A stretch of 64,000 bases of DNA from a virus (lineage: Duplodnaviria; Caudoviricetes). The stretch is from positions 43,315 through 107,314 of IMG/VR virus record IMGVR_UViG_3300021400_001327; one strand, written 5' to 3'. Positions 10,260-19,426 of this stretch are shown piece after piece. How positions within the stretch are numbered: position 1 is the stretch's first letter; every line of letters starts with the position of its first letter. A program made the translations under genes and the position numbers. The notes under the pieces are model-generated. The model worked only from the letters and a program-made list of their open reading frames with translations. It did not search any database and had not been told where the DNA came from.

Positions 10260-10690
10260 CCCTCATCACCGGCCTCTGCGGCATCGCCGCCTTCTTCTAT
10301 GAAAAGACTGGGATTGCTGGCCATGTACGCAGATTTCGCGCTTGGTACGACGTGATTGTTCAGATCCAGTACAAACTCCTGTAACCGCTGCAACGTGACC
10401 TCCGGCGGCAACAGTCCCTGAGCCATCGCATCCATCATAATGGCCACGACCTGCGCCGGTTCACACATCATGGGCTCCATAGCCACCACCTTTGAGTGCT
10501 TCAGGATGAACGCCTTTACCTTCGGCGTGAACTTGGTCACCCCTACATTCACGAACACGTTGGCGAGGTCTACCATCACCGTATCCCCCATACCATCCAC
10601 ATACACGCGCTGAACACCGCACGTCTTCGGCGGCGCCCCCTCTTCTGTCTGTTCCATCAACGCCACCTTGAACCAATGCTTTACTTCCAT
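10256..10690 (-). CDS. Hypothetical protein
   Basis: AGGAGG RBS, operon context. Confidence 0.7.
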   Translation of the reverse strand: MEVKHWFKVALMEQTEEGAPPKTCGVQRVYVDGMGDTVMVDLANVFVNVGVTKFTPKVKAFILKHSKVVAMEPMMCEPAQVVAIMMDAMAQGLLPPEVTLQRLQEFVLDLNNHVVPSAKSAYMASNPSLFIEEGGDAAEAGDEG

Positions 10691-10705
10691 GCTTCCCGCT
10701 ACCTC

Positions 10706-11014
10706 CTATTTGATTTCTGCCTGTAAACCATATTTCTTGAACAGCGCCTCGACATGCTGCCTGATTGTCTCCTCACGCATAAGCTCCGGCTGTCTGTTCG
10801 CCAAAGACAAAGCTTCGAGCATTACAGACTGCACTTCCTGTATCGCGAAGACGACCAGCATCCCCTCCCTGTAGGCCACTGCCTTTCCAAGGTCAATGAT
10901 CGGCTGTACGTCGTCCAGCACAGCCGACGGCGACCCGAACCTCGTCTTGCCGATAAACTCATTGACGAAATGGTCAATAGTAAGGGCGACCCACTCACCC
11001 GTCACGTCAGCCAT
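10706..11014 (-). CDS. Hypothetical protein
   Basis: AAGGTGA RBS, overlap with upstream gene. Confidence 0.65.
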   Translation of the reverse strand: MADVTGEWVALTIDHFVNEFIGKTRFGSPSAVLDDVQPIIDLGKAVAYREGMLVVFAIQEVQSVMLEALSLANRQPELMREETIRQHVEALFKKYGLQAEIK

Positions 11015-11372
11015 CGGCGCTCACCTTCAACTTCAGCTTCTCGACCATCTTGTCGTCGACCAGCTTGGCGCGGTCAATAAACTTCCGCATGTCGTCCCAT
11101 ACATCCTCAAGGGTTTTGGTCCCGCGCCGGTTGATCGACTCTCGCATCTGCGCCGATACGATAGCCTGGAGCACACCGCCAAGCGTCGTGTAATAACCGA
11201 CAGCCACATAGTTCTCTTTGCCGATGTTCTCCTGCTTGGGCTGTTTGCCGGTGCCGCCGCCTTTGACCTTCGTTCGCCGGTACAAAATCAAACAGTAGTT
11301 GTCCGCGCCGAGGAACCACTCATCAACGATCGGTATGACCTTCGGCTCCCTTTTCTCTTCTGCCAAACCCAC
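11007..11372 (-). CDS. Hypothetical protein
   Basis: GGAGGT RBS. Confidence 0.7.
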   Translation of the reverse strand: MGLAEEKREPKVIPIVDEWFLGADNYCLILYRRTKVKGGGTGKQPKQENIGKENYVAVGYYTTLGGVLQAIVSAQMRESINRRGTKTLEDVWDDMRKFIDRAKLVDDKMVEKLKLKVSADG

Positions 11373-11501
11373 TCACCTCCATAAATATCCTTAAAACTAA
11401 TTTGAACAAATCGCCACGCGTTTCCACGAAGCGAGCCGATAACTTGTTAGGGTGTTTTTCCATCGGCCTTCACGATCTCTAAAATATTGATTTCAGATTG
11501 C

Positions 11502-11897
11502 TTACTTCTTTTTTCTGCTCTGCTCGACCCTGTCCTCAATGATTTCGGCGATCCTCGGGTCTTTGACGATCTCTTCGGCGTCCGCGTCGGTCGGTACACG
11601 ATAAGCGCTCTGCACGTAGTTGTAGAAAGCCCCTTTCATCTTTTGACCGAGACCGGCGACAGAGATCATGCCGCCGTTCCAAGCGTCGGCCAGTACGTTG
11701 ATATCCGAGTACGCCGGGGTCGAAAGTTTACAGCAGGTACACTCGATCCAATATGCGTGAAGGTTTTTGAATATAGCCTTACTGCCGCAGAGGGGGCACG
11801 TCTTTATCTTCGGCTGTTGCTCGGGCAGCTCAACGTATGCCGTCTCGGTAAGGGACTGAACGCCATAACCAGTGTTCCAGAATGCACCGCTTGCCAT
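11502..11897 (-). CDS. Lar-like (restriction alleviation) Zn-ribbon protein
   Basis: KTCPLCGS...IECTCC...AWN pattern. Confidence 0.55.
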   Translation of the reverse strand: MASGAFWNTGYGVQSLTETAYVELPEQQPKIKTCPLCGSKAIFKNLHAYWIECTCCKLSTPAYSDINVLADAWNGGMISVAGLGQKMKGAFYNYVQSAYRVPTDADAEEIVKDPRIAEIIEDRVEQSRKKK

Positions 11898-12202
11898 TAC
11901 GCATCCCGTTCCTTCCGGTACCAGTCATTGAATATCTCACAGGCGAGCCACAACTGATGCCATATCTGGCCAATATCGATCTCCGCGATCTCGGTGAACG
12001 GTCTGTCGCCCACGAAGTGAAGCTCTGGCGGTTCCTTGCCGGAGAAGTACCAGTAGGCCAGCGTGAAGCAGTAAGCTCTGCCGGAGCTCTCCCTGGTCCA
12101 TTTGACGAGCTCTACGTAAGGCTGGCCGTCGCCGAGACTCTTTGTTGTTCGTATTTCAAACTCACCGTATTTCCAATTGAAGTCGAATTGATTGGTCTCC
12201 AT
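11897..12202 (-). CDS. Hypothetical protein (METNQFDF...)
   Basis: AAAGGAG RBS before ATG 12202. Confidence 0.65.
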   Translation of the reverse strand: METNQFDFNWKYGEFEIRTTKSLGDGQPYVELVKWTRESSGRAYCFTLAYWYFSGKEPPELHFVGDRPFTEIAEIDIGQIWHQLWLACEIFNDWYRKERDA

Positions 12203-12405
12203 GCATACTCTCCTTTGATGCCATCCATCCTCGCTCCGCACTCGGGGCAGAAGTTGGTCATTGCAAAATCTCCAGCCTTGTCCTCTATCGCGAAGGTCAA
12301 ACAGTTTGAGCAGAACGGCTCGACGCCGTGTTCGTTCGCCACCCATTCCGCATGAGGCTGGGATGGACACTTCCCGCACTGGTCTGTGGCATAAGTCCAC
12401 GTCAT
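12112..12405 (-). CDS. Zn-ribbon hypothetical protein
   Basis: CSNC...FCPECGARMD. Confidence 0.6.
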   Translation of the reverse strand: MTWTYATDQCGKCPSQPHAEWVANEHGVEPFCSNCLTFAIEDKAGDFAMTNFCPECGARMDGIKGEYAWRPINSTSIGNTVSLKYEQQRVSATASLT

Positions 12406-12740
12406 TTCTTTCCGGCCTCCTCGGCTGCGGTCGCCGCGATGAAGCGGTCCCTGAACTCGATCGCCGCACGGCTCATGTAGGCAGCGCCGTCGGTGGCCTC
12501 GTCCAAAGTATCGGGCAGGCGTCCGGCCAGAAACTCACCGAATAGCAGGTGAACGCCGAGCGTGATCATGTCCCGCTTATGCCGGTTGCGGCCAGCGCCC
12601 TTGATGGCGACAGCGCAGACCTCTGCCAGGTACTGGTCCCAATGTTTATAGAAGCCGGTCTCAGGCGCGATCTTGAACCCGCAGACTTCCATCATTTTCT
12701 TCAACACATCATCCATGCTTGATGGCCTCCTCAAATTCAT
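12402..12740 (-). CDS. Hypothetical protein
   Basis: Operon context. Confidence 0.6.
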   Translation of the reverse strand: MNLRRPSSMDDVLKKMMEVCGFKIAPETGFYKHWDQYLAEVCAVAIKGAGRNRHKRDMITLGVHLLFGEFLAGRLPDTLDEATDGAAYMSRAAIEFRDRFIAATAAEEAGKK

Positions 12741-13092
12741 CCAATAGCTTAGCCGCCCTCAACATCAGTGCGCCGGTGCAATCACCGAGGGACTTTCCGT
12801 GGTCGGTTCCCGTTACGCAGTCACTGCACGTCTCATCGTTATACGGCAGGCTGCACCGCTTGAGAGACATCGACGTCTGTTGTACCTCGCCGAGAAGGAC
12901 GGCGTTCTGGATAACCTTCATCTCCTCGATCTCGTGACGATCGCGCTCAAGGGACAAGTCCTTCCTCAGCTGGCTGATCTCGTTCTCCGCGTCACGCATC
13001 CTGTGCGCGTCCGTGATGTGCATAATGACGAGCAGAAGGCATAGCGCCGTAAATAAAAAATAAATGACCCGAAGGTCAGTCTCAATGTTCAT
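12709..13092 (-). CDS. Membrane-anchored hypothetical protein
   Basis: N-terminal hydrophobic helix, GGAGGTG RBS. Confidence 0.6.
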   Translation of the reverse strand: MNIETDLRVIYFLFTALCLLLVIMHITDAHRMRDAENEISQLRKDLSLERDRHEIEEMKVIQNAVLLGEVQQTSMSLKRCSLPYNDETCSDCVTGTDHGKSLGDCTGALMLRAAKLLDEFEEAIKHG

Positions 13093-13342
13093 GGGGCACC
13101 TCCAATACTTCTGCCGGTACGCTCCAGCACTCCCATGTGACCCCGTACTCATTCAATGGCAACATGTACCTGTGCTTCGCGCTCTCGAACAGGTAAACAC
13201 CGCTATCCTGCATAAGGAAGAACGTTGGCTCCTGGCACCACACTTCGTCTGGGTCACAGCAGGTGATAACGACGAGCTCGTTCTCCTCCAGACATTTAAC
13301 GTCGAGGAGAGTCATCTTAGTTATCTTGCTCATCGAACTCAT
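13082..13342 (-). CDS. Hypothetical protein
   Basis: AGGAGG RBS. Confidence 0.6.
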   Translation of the reverse strand: MSSMSKITKMTLLDVKCLEENELVVITCCDPDEVWCQEPTFFLMQDSGVYLFESAKHRYMLPLNEYGVTWECWSVPAEVLEVPHEH

Positions 13343-13429
13343 TCCTTCCTCCTGCGCTCACCAGCGCCATACAAAAAATGCCAACCATCGCTGACAGGGG
13401 AACGATCCAGAACAGATGCCATATACTAA

Positions 13430-14098
13430 TCATTGCTCCACCTTTCTGATCACGTACCGGTGATCCCTGAACTCAGATTCCTTATCCATCTTCTCAACGC
13501 TGCGCACAATAATGTTGCAGTCGCCCTTAGCTGTATTTACGAGCGCGATATCCCCAGGCTTCAGTTTCTCCGCCAGCGCCTTGTCCGCGTACCACTGGAA
13601 GTCCACTGTGTCGGTCGCGTGATGGACGCCGTGCACCACGTACAGATCCCTCTCATCGTCGTGCAAAGCATCGATATGGCAGAGCACGTTCCACAGGCTT
13701 TGCTGTACCTGCTTCGCCTCAGCGCCGATACGCTCGATTTCGTCCTTGTACCGTTTCATGGTTTCGCCCAAGCCCTCAGCCTTTCGCTGAAGCTCTAGCT
13801 TTCGCGCCATGAGTGCGCTGTACTGGTGCTCCCTCTTCACATGCTCGACAGGCGGAGGCGTGAACTTGATTGAGGCCAGCATCTCCTCCGGCGTGAGCTC
13901 ATGCTCGAGCACCCACTGCTTCTTCTTCACGTCCTTGCCGTTGTCTGTTACGACAGCAACATCATACATTTGCCAGGAGTCATCGGCCATGTCATAATAA
14001 CCAACGGTCGAATACGGGTCCTTCCTTAACTTCCAGAGCCATTTGCCCTCGCCCGTGTCCTGATTGATAAAATATCCAATGCTTCCCTGATACATCAA
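13430..14098 (-). CDS. Hypothetical coiled-coil protein
   Basis: GGGAGG RBS, 222-aa ORF. Confidence 0.7.
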   Translation of the reverse strand: MMYQGSIGYFINQDTGEGKWLWKLRKDPYSTVGYYDMADDSWQMYDVAVVTDNGKDVKKKQWVLEHELTPEEMLASIKFTPPPVEHVKREHQYSALMARKLELQRKAEGLGETMKRYKDEIERIGAEAKQVQQSLWNVLCHIDALHDDERDLYVVHGVHHATDTVDFQWYADKALAEKLKPGDIALVNTAKGDCNIIVRSVEKMDKESEFRDHRYVIRKVEQ

Positions 14099-14193
14099 AA
14101 CCTCCCGTTATCGTACCAGTCAGATAGTACAGCCATGATTAACACGATACAGAATAAACCGAGAATGATCGTCATGTCCGCTAAGTCCCCCAC
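14095..14193 (-). CDS. Small hydrophobic protein
   Basis: AAGGAGGTGA RBS, GTG start. Confidence 0.5.
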   Translation of the reverse strand: MGDLADMTIILGLFCIVLIMAVLSDWYDNGRF

Positions 14194-14220
14194 AATGAAG
14201 GTCACCTCCTTTGCGTAAAT

Positions 14221-14247
14221 AAAAAACGGCGAGCCTTCGCGCCCGCT
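14221..14247 (-). terminator. Intrinsic terminator / attenuator
   Basis: GCGGGC-loop-GCTCGC followed by T-tract on minus strand. Confidence 0.5.
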
Positions 14248-14291
14248 CAGAGATATGTAAAAGGCAGACACCTGGTCTGCCCTGTAAGAAT

Positions 14292-14320
14292 AATATAACA
14301 CATCGTGGCCGCTGCGTCAA
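14292..14320 (-). promoter_or_regulatory. Sigma-A promoter of leftward operon
   Basis: TTGACG-17 nt-TATATT with extended TG. Confidence 0.7.
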
Positions 14321-14399
14321 ATTAGGTTGGCGGCTCCGTTCTATCCATTGGATAAACTCTGGATGTATATTTTAAAATCGACGAATCTTTTGTAATATC

Positions 14400-15120
14400 A
14401 GATTAATTAAATTATTTTTAATCTGTTTTTTGAAAAATTCTCTATCATTAGTATAGTATATATAATAAGACTAATAATCAGATTAGTACTCAGTTAGATG
14501 AGAACTACTGTACAGTAGAACTCAATCAGTTGAGAACTCCTGTAGATGAGTCCTAATTTTTTAAAAACTAATAAGACCGGTCTTAATAGCTTATACTCTC
14601 TATGGACATAATGGTATACCATTCTCTCTATGAGGTACATGTAGAATAAGCTATTCTGTAACGATATAATATTATAAGCTTAGATGCAATATAATATAAA
14701 CTATTACACTCAATAAACTTAGATGCAATATATAAGCTATTAAGCTCAAGTAACTTAGATACGTCTACTATGATACATAATAATATAATCTATGACTTAA
14801 CGGCTTATATAAGCTATTACCTAACGGCTTATACCAGATGTCACTTAATAGCTTATACTCTCCAGTCTTAAGGGCTTATATCTCATAGAGTCCTTGATTC
14901 TAACTGCTGATATATTCATTTATAGCCATGAAGCAAATAAATGAATATATCAGCAGAGAGTAATAGAAGAATATAGAGAAGACTGTCCATAGAGTACATG
15001 TAGAGCGTAATAGCTTAGTAACGTATCAAGGACTCGTTACAGAATAGCTTATACCTCTCGGTGCTTATATGCTTACCATTATGTTCTAATCTCTTAATAG
15101 CTTTTAAGATAATGGGTCTC
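14400..15120. repeat. AT-rich non-coding mosaic of direct and inverted repeats (candidate origin)
   Basis: Recurrent AATAGCTTAT/ATAAGCTATT, perfect 20-bp inverted repeat 14904-14923/14937-14956, no ORFs. Confidence 0.7.
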
Positions 15121-15341
15121 GGCAAAAAATTTTCTTGGGTCGGATGGCTTCGGGGCGCCGGTGACTGACGGCTGATGACGCAGCGGCTGGCGATTTATCG
15201 CCAGGAAGTTTTGCGGCGGGCGCGTATCTGTATTTTTAATTCTAACAAATCCCTGAACGTCTCCGGCTGGACCCTAACAAGTTATCGACCTTTACGAAAG
15301 AATTGGCTGGCGGTTTGTTAGAATTTAATATACGTGTATTT

Positions 15342-16178
15342 TCACTCGTCGTCGTCAGTGTCGAGCGCGTACTGGTAGCTGAGTTCCATGCTCTTCACGG
15401 CAGTTTTGCCTAGTACAAAATCAGAAACACCGCGCCGGAGACTGCTGGTACGCGGGAGCCGACATCCGATGTAAGCCATCGTGGTCGTCTGGTTCGCGTG
15501 ACGAAGCATCAGGGATGTGTCCGCCATAGCGAGCGCCGCGTTCTGGATGTCTCGGGACGTAGAGGCTATCGTGTTGGCGATGGTGGCGAAGGTCTTACGC
15601 ATCGTGTGTGTAGAGGTCCTGAGGTATGGAGCCGCTGCGCGTAAGCCGGTACGCAATAACCGGTTGGCGGCGTCGGTCGCCATCGGGGTTTTGCCCTTGC
15701 CTTTGTTCGAGGCGAAGAGGTAGTTGTCCTGGGTGAACGGCATGGTCCAGCGGCACTCGTTGATGTAGAGGCTGACGTACTGCTTGATGGCGTCCGTGAT
15801 CAGCATCTCGTCGTCCTGAGAGCAGGTGCGCTTGCCGGTCTTGATCTCGATGATGTCGATAGCCCGCCTGAACGTGATGGGGTTCGTGGAGATCAGAAGG
15901 TCGGATACCTTGAGAGCGCAGAGGTCAGAAATACGAAGGCCGGTACATACACCAGTCACGAACATAGCGGCTTCCCTGAACTTGCGCTGGGAGAGGAAGT
16001 GATCGATGACCGCCTTTACCTGAGCATAGGACTCAAGGGGCTGCGCGGCCTTGATGGCAGAGACGCCCTTCGCCAACTGCTTCTGGCGCGGGGTAAGATT
16101 TTCGTCCTCTACGGTATAAGCCAGAGAGGTCATGTTCACAGAGTCCGCGCCGGGGAACGCAATGATCTTACCGCTCAT
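15342..16178 (-). CDS. Tyrosine recombinase
   Basis: GLRISDL (R), KT (K), HTMR (HxxR), LRH, TTMAY (Y); no obvious N-terminal arm-binding domain. Confidence 0.9.
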   Translation of the reverse strand: MSGKIIAFPGADSVNMTSLAYTVEDENLTPRQKQLAKGVSAIKAAQPLESYAQVKAVIDHFLSQRKFREAAMFVTGVCTGLRISDLCALKVSDLLISTNPITFRRAIDIIEIKTGKRTCSQDDEMLITDAIKQYVSLYINECRWTMPFTQDNYLFASNKGKGKTPMATDAANRLLRTGLRAAAPYLRTSTHTMRKTFATIANTIASTSRDIQNAALAMADTSLMLRHANQTTTMAYIGCRLPRTSSLRRGVSDFVLGKTAVKSMELSYQYALDTDDDE

Positions 16179-16235
16179 AATAGCCTCCGATTAGATGTAG
16201 GATCTGGTACGGTGGACCTGACTTCCACCGAAATC

Positions 16236-16264
16236 AGTGTACCACAAAATGTCGGTTTTGTCAA
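16236..16264 (-). promoter_or_regulatory. Sigma-A promoter of recombinase
   Basis: TTGACA-17 nt-TACACT. Confidence 0.75.
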
Positions 16265-16519
16265 GAGAAAATGTCGGTCTCCCGGGCGTTTTCGCGAGGT
16301 CGATGTCGGCCTGTGCGATTGAATGCGGGGATGGCGGAAGTGGTCTGGCGACGATGAGGAGCTTGGTGTGCAGCGGCTACGGAAGATCAGGCGGCGCCCA
16401 CACGTTAAAAGAAGGGGACGTAAAGGCCACTACATCATCATGGAAAATGTTTTCCAATCCCCTTTCCCTGTGACTCCCTGGTCCCATTTCTTTTGCTTTT
16501 CCCAGAGCTCAGAAATGGG

Positions 16520-16860
16520 ACCAGACTACTGGGAGGGAAGGGGATAAGCCGGGAGGCGCAGAGGGTGGGTATACACTCTTTTCGGTGGTGATTGGTGTCG
16601 CGTTTGGGGTCGCAGGGGGAGGAGGTGGTTTTGGGGGTTGAGAGGGGGATTTTGGTGGATGGGAAATAAATTTTGGGGGTTGGGAGGAGAGGCAGCTTGG
16701 CCGGGCCAGGCTGGTCGCTCGGTGGGCTGAGATGTAAACGGGGCGGGGGATGTCGGGTTTCTGTCGAAAACCGATATTCTGCGGCGGTCGCGGTCGCGGC
16801 ATAAAAAGAGCAGGGGCGGCGGCGCGTCCCTGCTTCTGTTGCGGTGGTGGTCAATGGTTA
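16520..16860 (+). other. G-rich, strand-skewed non-coding tract
   Basis: Many GGG-GGGGG runs, very few C over about 16600-16690. Confidence 0.6.
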
Positions 16861-17694
16861 GTCGGTCACGAGTTCCAGCTTTCCGGCACTGGTTACTTTC
16901 AGCAGCCCAGCCTTTACAAGGACTTTTACAAGGTAGGGCTTGACGGATGAGGGATTTTTCACTTTTTCCCCGTGTCCCTCCACCATCCTTTTCATATCCT
17001 GCGCCTGCTTCGCTGTGCACTTCCCCATTCGTTCCCGCTCTGCGATGGCTTCCAGCGCTCTCTCGGTCCAGTCCATGACGGCGCTTGTCTCGGCAAGGCG
17101 GCGTTCTGCGGCACTGGTGGCGCTTCGCTCGTGTACGTGCTCGACAGGCGTTCCCTCTTTCGCGCTTCTTGTGACAATCCGCTTCTCAAGCCTGCCGCAA
17201 GCCCTACACGCTTCGATGAATGCACTGTGATGGTCGGCGTAATAATCACCCTCAAGCTCGGCAGGTATCATGACGGTGTACTGTGCCGCCTCCGCTTCTG
17301 CTTCACTGATAGCGAGAGCGGCGGTCTGTATCATGTCGGCATAATGACGAATGTAGACGTTCTTGTCTGCGGTCGCGCCGCGCCTGATAGCACCCTTGAT
17401 TTTCGCGGCTACCACACGCCGCGCAAGGTCATATACAGGGCCTGAAAAAACGGCGCGTCCTGCGGCGGCTTCCTCTGCTCGGTGATTGATGGGGGCTGTG
17501 GTGGTGGCCTTCCTATTAGTGGCGGCGGCGGTGGTGGTCGTGACGGCGGCGGCGGTGGGGATGGTGTAGGCGTTCATGCGCTCTAACACCCTGATGATAC
17601 GAGCGGTGAAGCTATGCGGTGTGCGGGGGTCTCTGATAGCCTTAACGGCGGCGGCGATACGGGCGGCGGCGGTGGTGGTGTTGGTGGTTTTCAT
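16858..17694 (-). CDS. Hypothetical protein, weak sigma-factor-like resemblance
   Basis: GAAAGGA RBS before MKTTNTTT; low-complexity N-terminus; YADMIQTAALAI. Confidence 0.55.
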   Translation of the reverse strand: MKTTNTTTAAARIAAAVKAIRDPRTPHSFTARIIRVLERMNAYTIPTAAAVTTTTAAATNRKATTTAPINHRAEEAAAGRAVFSGPVYDLARRVVAAKIKGAIRRGATADKNVYIRHYADMIQTAALAISEAEAEAAQYTVMIPAELEGDYYADHHSAFIEACRACGRLEKRIVTRSAKEGTPVEHVHERSATSAAERRLAETSAVMDWTERALEAIAERERMGKCTAKQAQDMKRMVEGHGEKVKNPSSVKPYLVKVLVKAGLLKVTSAGKLELVTD

Positions 17695-17959
17695 AGTGGT
17701 GTTCCTTTCTGCCCTGTGGGCTGTCGGTGTAGTGTGTGTCTTACTGAATGACACTAAAGTAAGAATTCGACAAAAATTTCTGAATTCCTGCAAAAAATCT
17801 CGATTGCCATAATTTTGACATATTTCCTGGGCGCTCTCGGGTGCATGGTGGGTGTAATCGTTCATCGATGATGAATCGATGATGATTCATCAATCAGTGT
17901 TTAATAATGATTGATGGTATCCAAACAAGTTGTATCTGTTCCATGCCAACCGTTGGATT

Positions 17960-18320
17960 CATCGGGCGCGAAAGTGCCCGAGATGGTACGAGCGGCGGAC
18001 CTGGACGGGCGCTTGCCCGCTGGATAGCTGGAAGTCCAGACGTTGAGTCCCAGCGCAAAAGCTCGATTTGCAGGATGAAGAGCAAACACAGAAACGACGC
18101 TGCTTAGCAGAAAGCGCGACGTGCGAAAGCACAGCGGCTTGCCTGATAGCCTTCGGCGATTCAGGATTTCCGGCAAAGCCTTCGGCGATGTCGGCTTGCT
18201 TAGTGCTGGGCTCACCCACCGCATTTGCATCTCTGAGCGCATGGTGCCGAGACTGTGACTGACAAAGCAATCAACAGCCGCAAGGCTGATTTTGCCCACG
18301 GTGCAAGCCCGTGGGCCTTA
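17960..18320 (+). ncRNA. Candidate large structured RNA / leader
   Basis: GNRA and UUCG hairpins, long-range pairing 18044-18056 with 18203-18214, T-loop-like hairpin 18294-18316. Confidence 0.5.
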
Positions 18321-18390
18321 TGCCAGCGCTGGCCGCATGAAGCTGGCGCGGTAATAAAATCGCTGGTTAAACCAGCAGAAAGAGGTACCT

Positions 18391-19317
18391 ATGTATAAGC
18401 AGAATGATTACACCGAGAAGAAGTCCGCTGCTCAGGCCAAGCTCGACGCCTACATCGAGAAGGTCAACGCTGACAAGCCGCAGGCCAACGAAATCACCGG
18501 CGCGAAGGAAGCGCTCGACAAGGCCGTCGCCGATTACAACACGCTCGTCGTGTCCGACGCCTACGAGCGCCTGTTCCTGCTGACCGCCGACGACGCTGAG
18601 GTCGGCTCCCTGCCTGATCCAGCCGCACACCTGAAGGCCACTGACCCGCTGGGGCGTGCCTTCCGTGGCTATCGCTTCTCCGGCCTGATGAAGGCCAGCA
18701 TAAAGCGCGACAAGCAGACCGACCGTGTAGACACAGGCAAGACGTCGCTGGTCTGTGTCGCCGACGATGACGCCGACGAGAAAAAGCAGGTCTACCACCT
18801 GCGCGACATCGCCGCGAAGTGGGACGAGCTCCAGACTGCCGCAGGCGTGACCCAGAAGGCCGAGCTCATGGCTTCGCCAATGTGGGGCTCGCTGGTCCAG
18901 AAGGTCCGGCGGCTGTTCATCGCTCGCTCGCTGTCGCTGGGCGGCTACGCCATCCCTTCCGGCGTGACCAATGACTATATCGTCTACACCGCTGACGGGC
19001 AGGCCGTGGCTGTCGCTGACCTGACCGCTGAGCAAAAGAAGGCGCTCGACGACAAGGTCACCGTCAAGGCGCTCAAGGCCGAGCTTCAGGCGCTCGTTGA
19101 CGCTGTCTACTTCGACGCGACTGGCCGCAAGAACGGCTCCAACAAGTACCGTGTCAACGAGAAGGACGTGCACTGGCTCGTGGACAACGCTCATCGGTTT
19201 GATGAGCGCTCCCACAAGACCGTCCTGATGAGTGACGCGAAGGCGTACGAGTTGGCCTTCTGCATGGTCGCCCACATCGTGACCGGCGAGTCCTACAGCG
19301 CTCTTCTGGGGGAGTAA
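18391..19317 (+). CDS. Hypothetical protein, first rightward gene, strong codon bias
   Basis: AAAGAGGT RBS; C/G-ending codon preference suggests high expression. Confidence 0.85.
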   Translation: MYKQNDYTEKKSAAQAKLDAYIEKVNADKPQANEITGAKEALDKAVADYNTLVVSDAYERLFLLTADDAEVGSLPDPAAHLKATDPLGRAFRGYRFSGLMKASIKRDKQTDRVDTGKTSLVCVADDDADEKKQVYHLRDIAAKWDELQTAAGVTQKAELMASPMWGSLVQKVRRLFIARSLSLGGYAIPSGVTNDYIVYTADGQAVAVADLTAEQKKALDDKVTVKALKAELQALVDAVYFDATGRKNGSNKYRVNEKDVHWLVDNAHRFDERSHKTVLMSDAKAYELAFCMVAHIVTGESYSALLGE

Positions 19318-19388
19318 TTCCCCCCTTTGCCCCGCATGGCTCAAGCCTCCACGCGGCGCGGGGTGGGTAACGCCGATTGAGTCAGACC

Positions 19389-19417
19389 TTGTCAACTGAG
19401 CGAGAACGTGATATATT
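19389..19417 (+). promoter_or_regulatory. Sigma-A promoter
   Basis: TTGTCA-17 nt-TATATT. Confidence 0.6.
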
Positions 19418-19426
19418 TATACAGGG

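Noticed and set aside
15342-16300. Prophage attachment site near the recombinase
   Set aside because: Phage-type genes lie on both sides, with no host genes or tRNA junction visible.
16438-17020. Pro-rich minus-strand ORFs
   Set aside because: Shadow of the G-rich tract; no RBS or recognisable domain.
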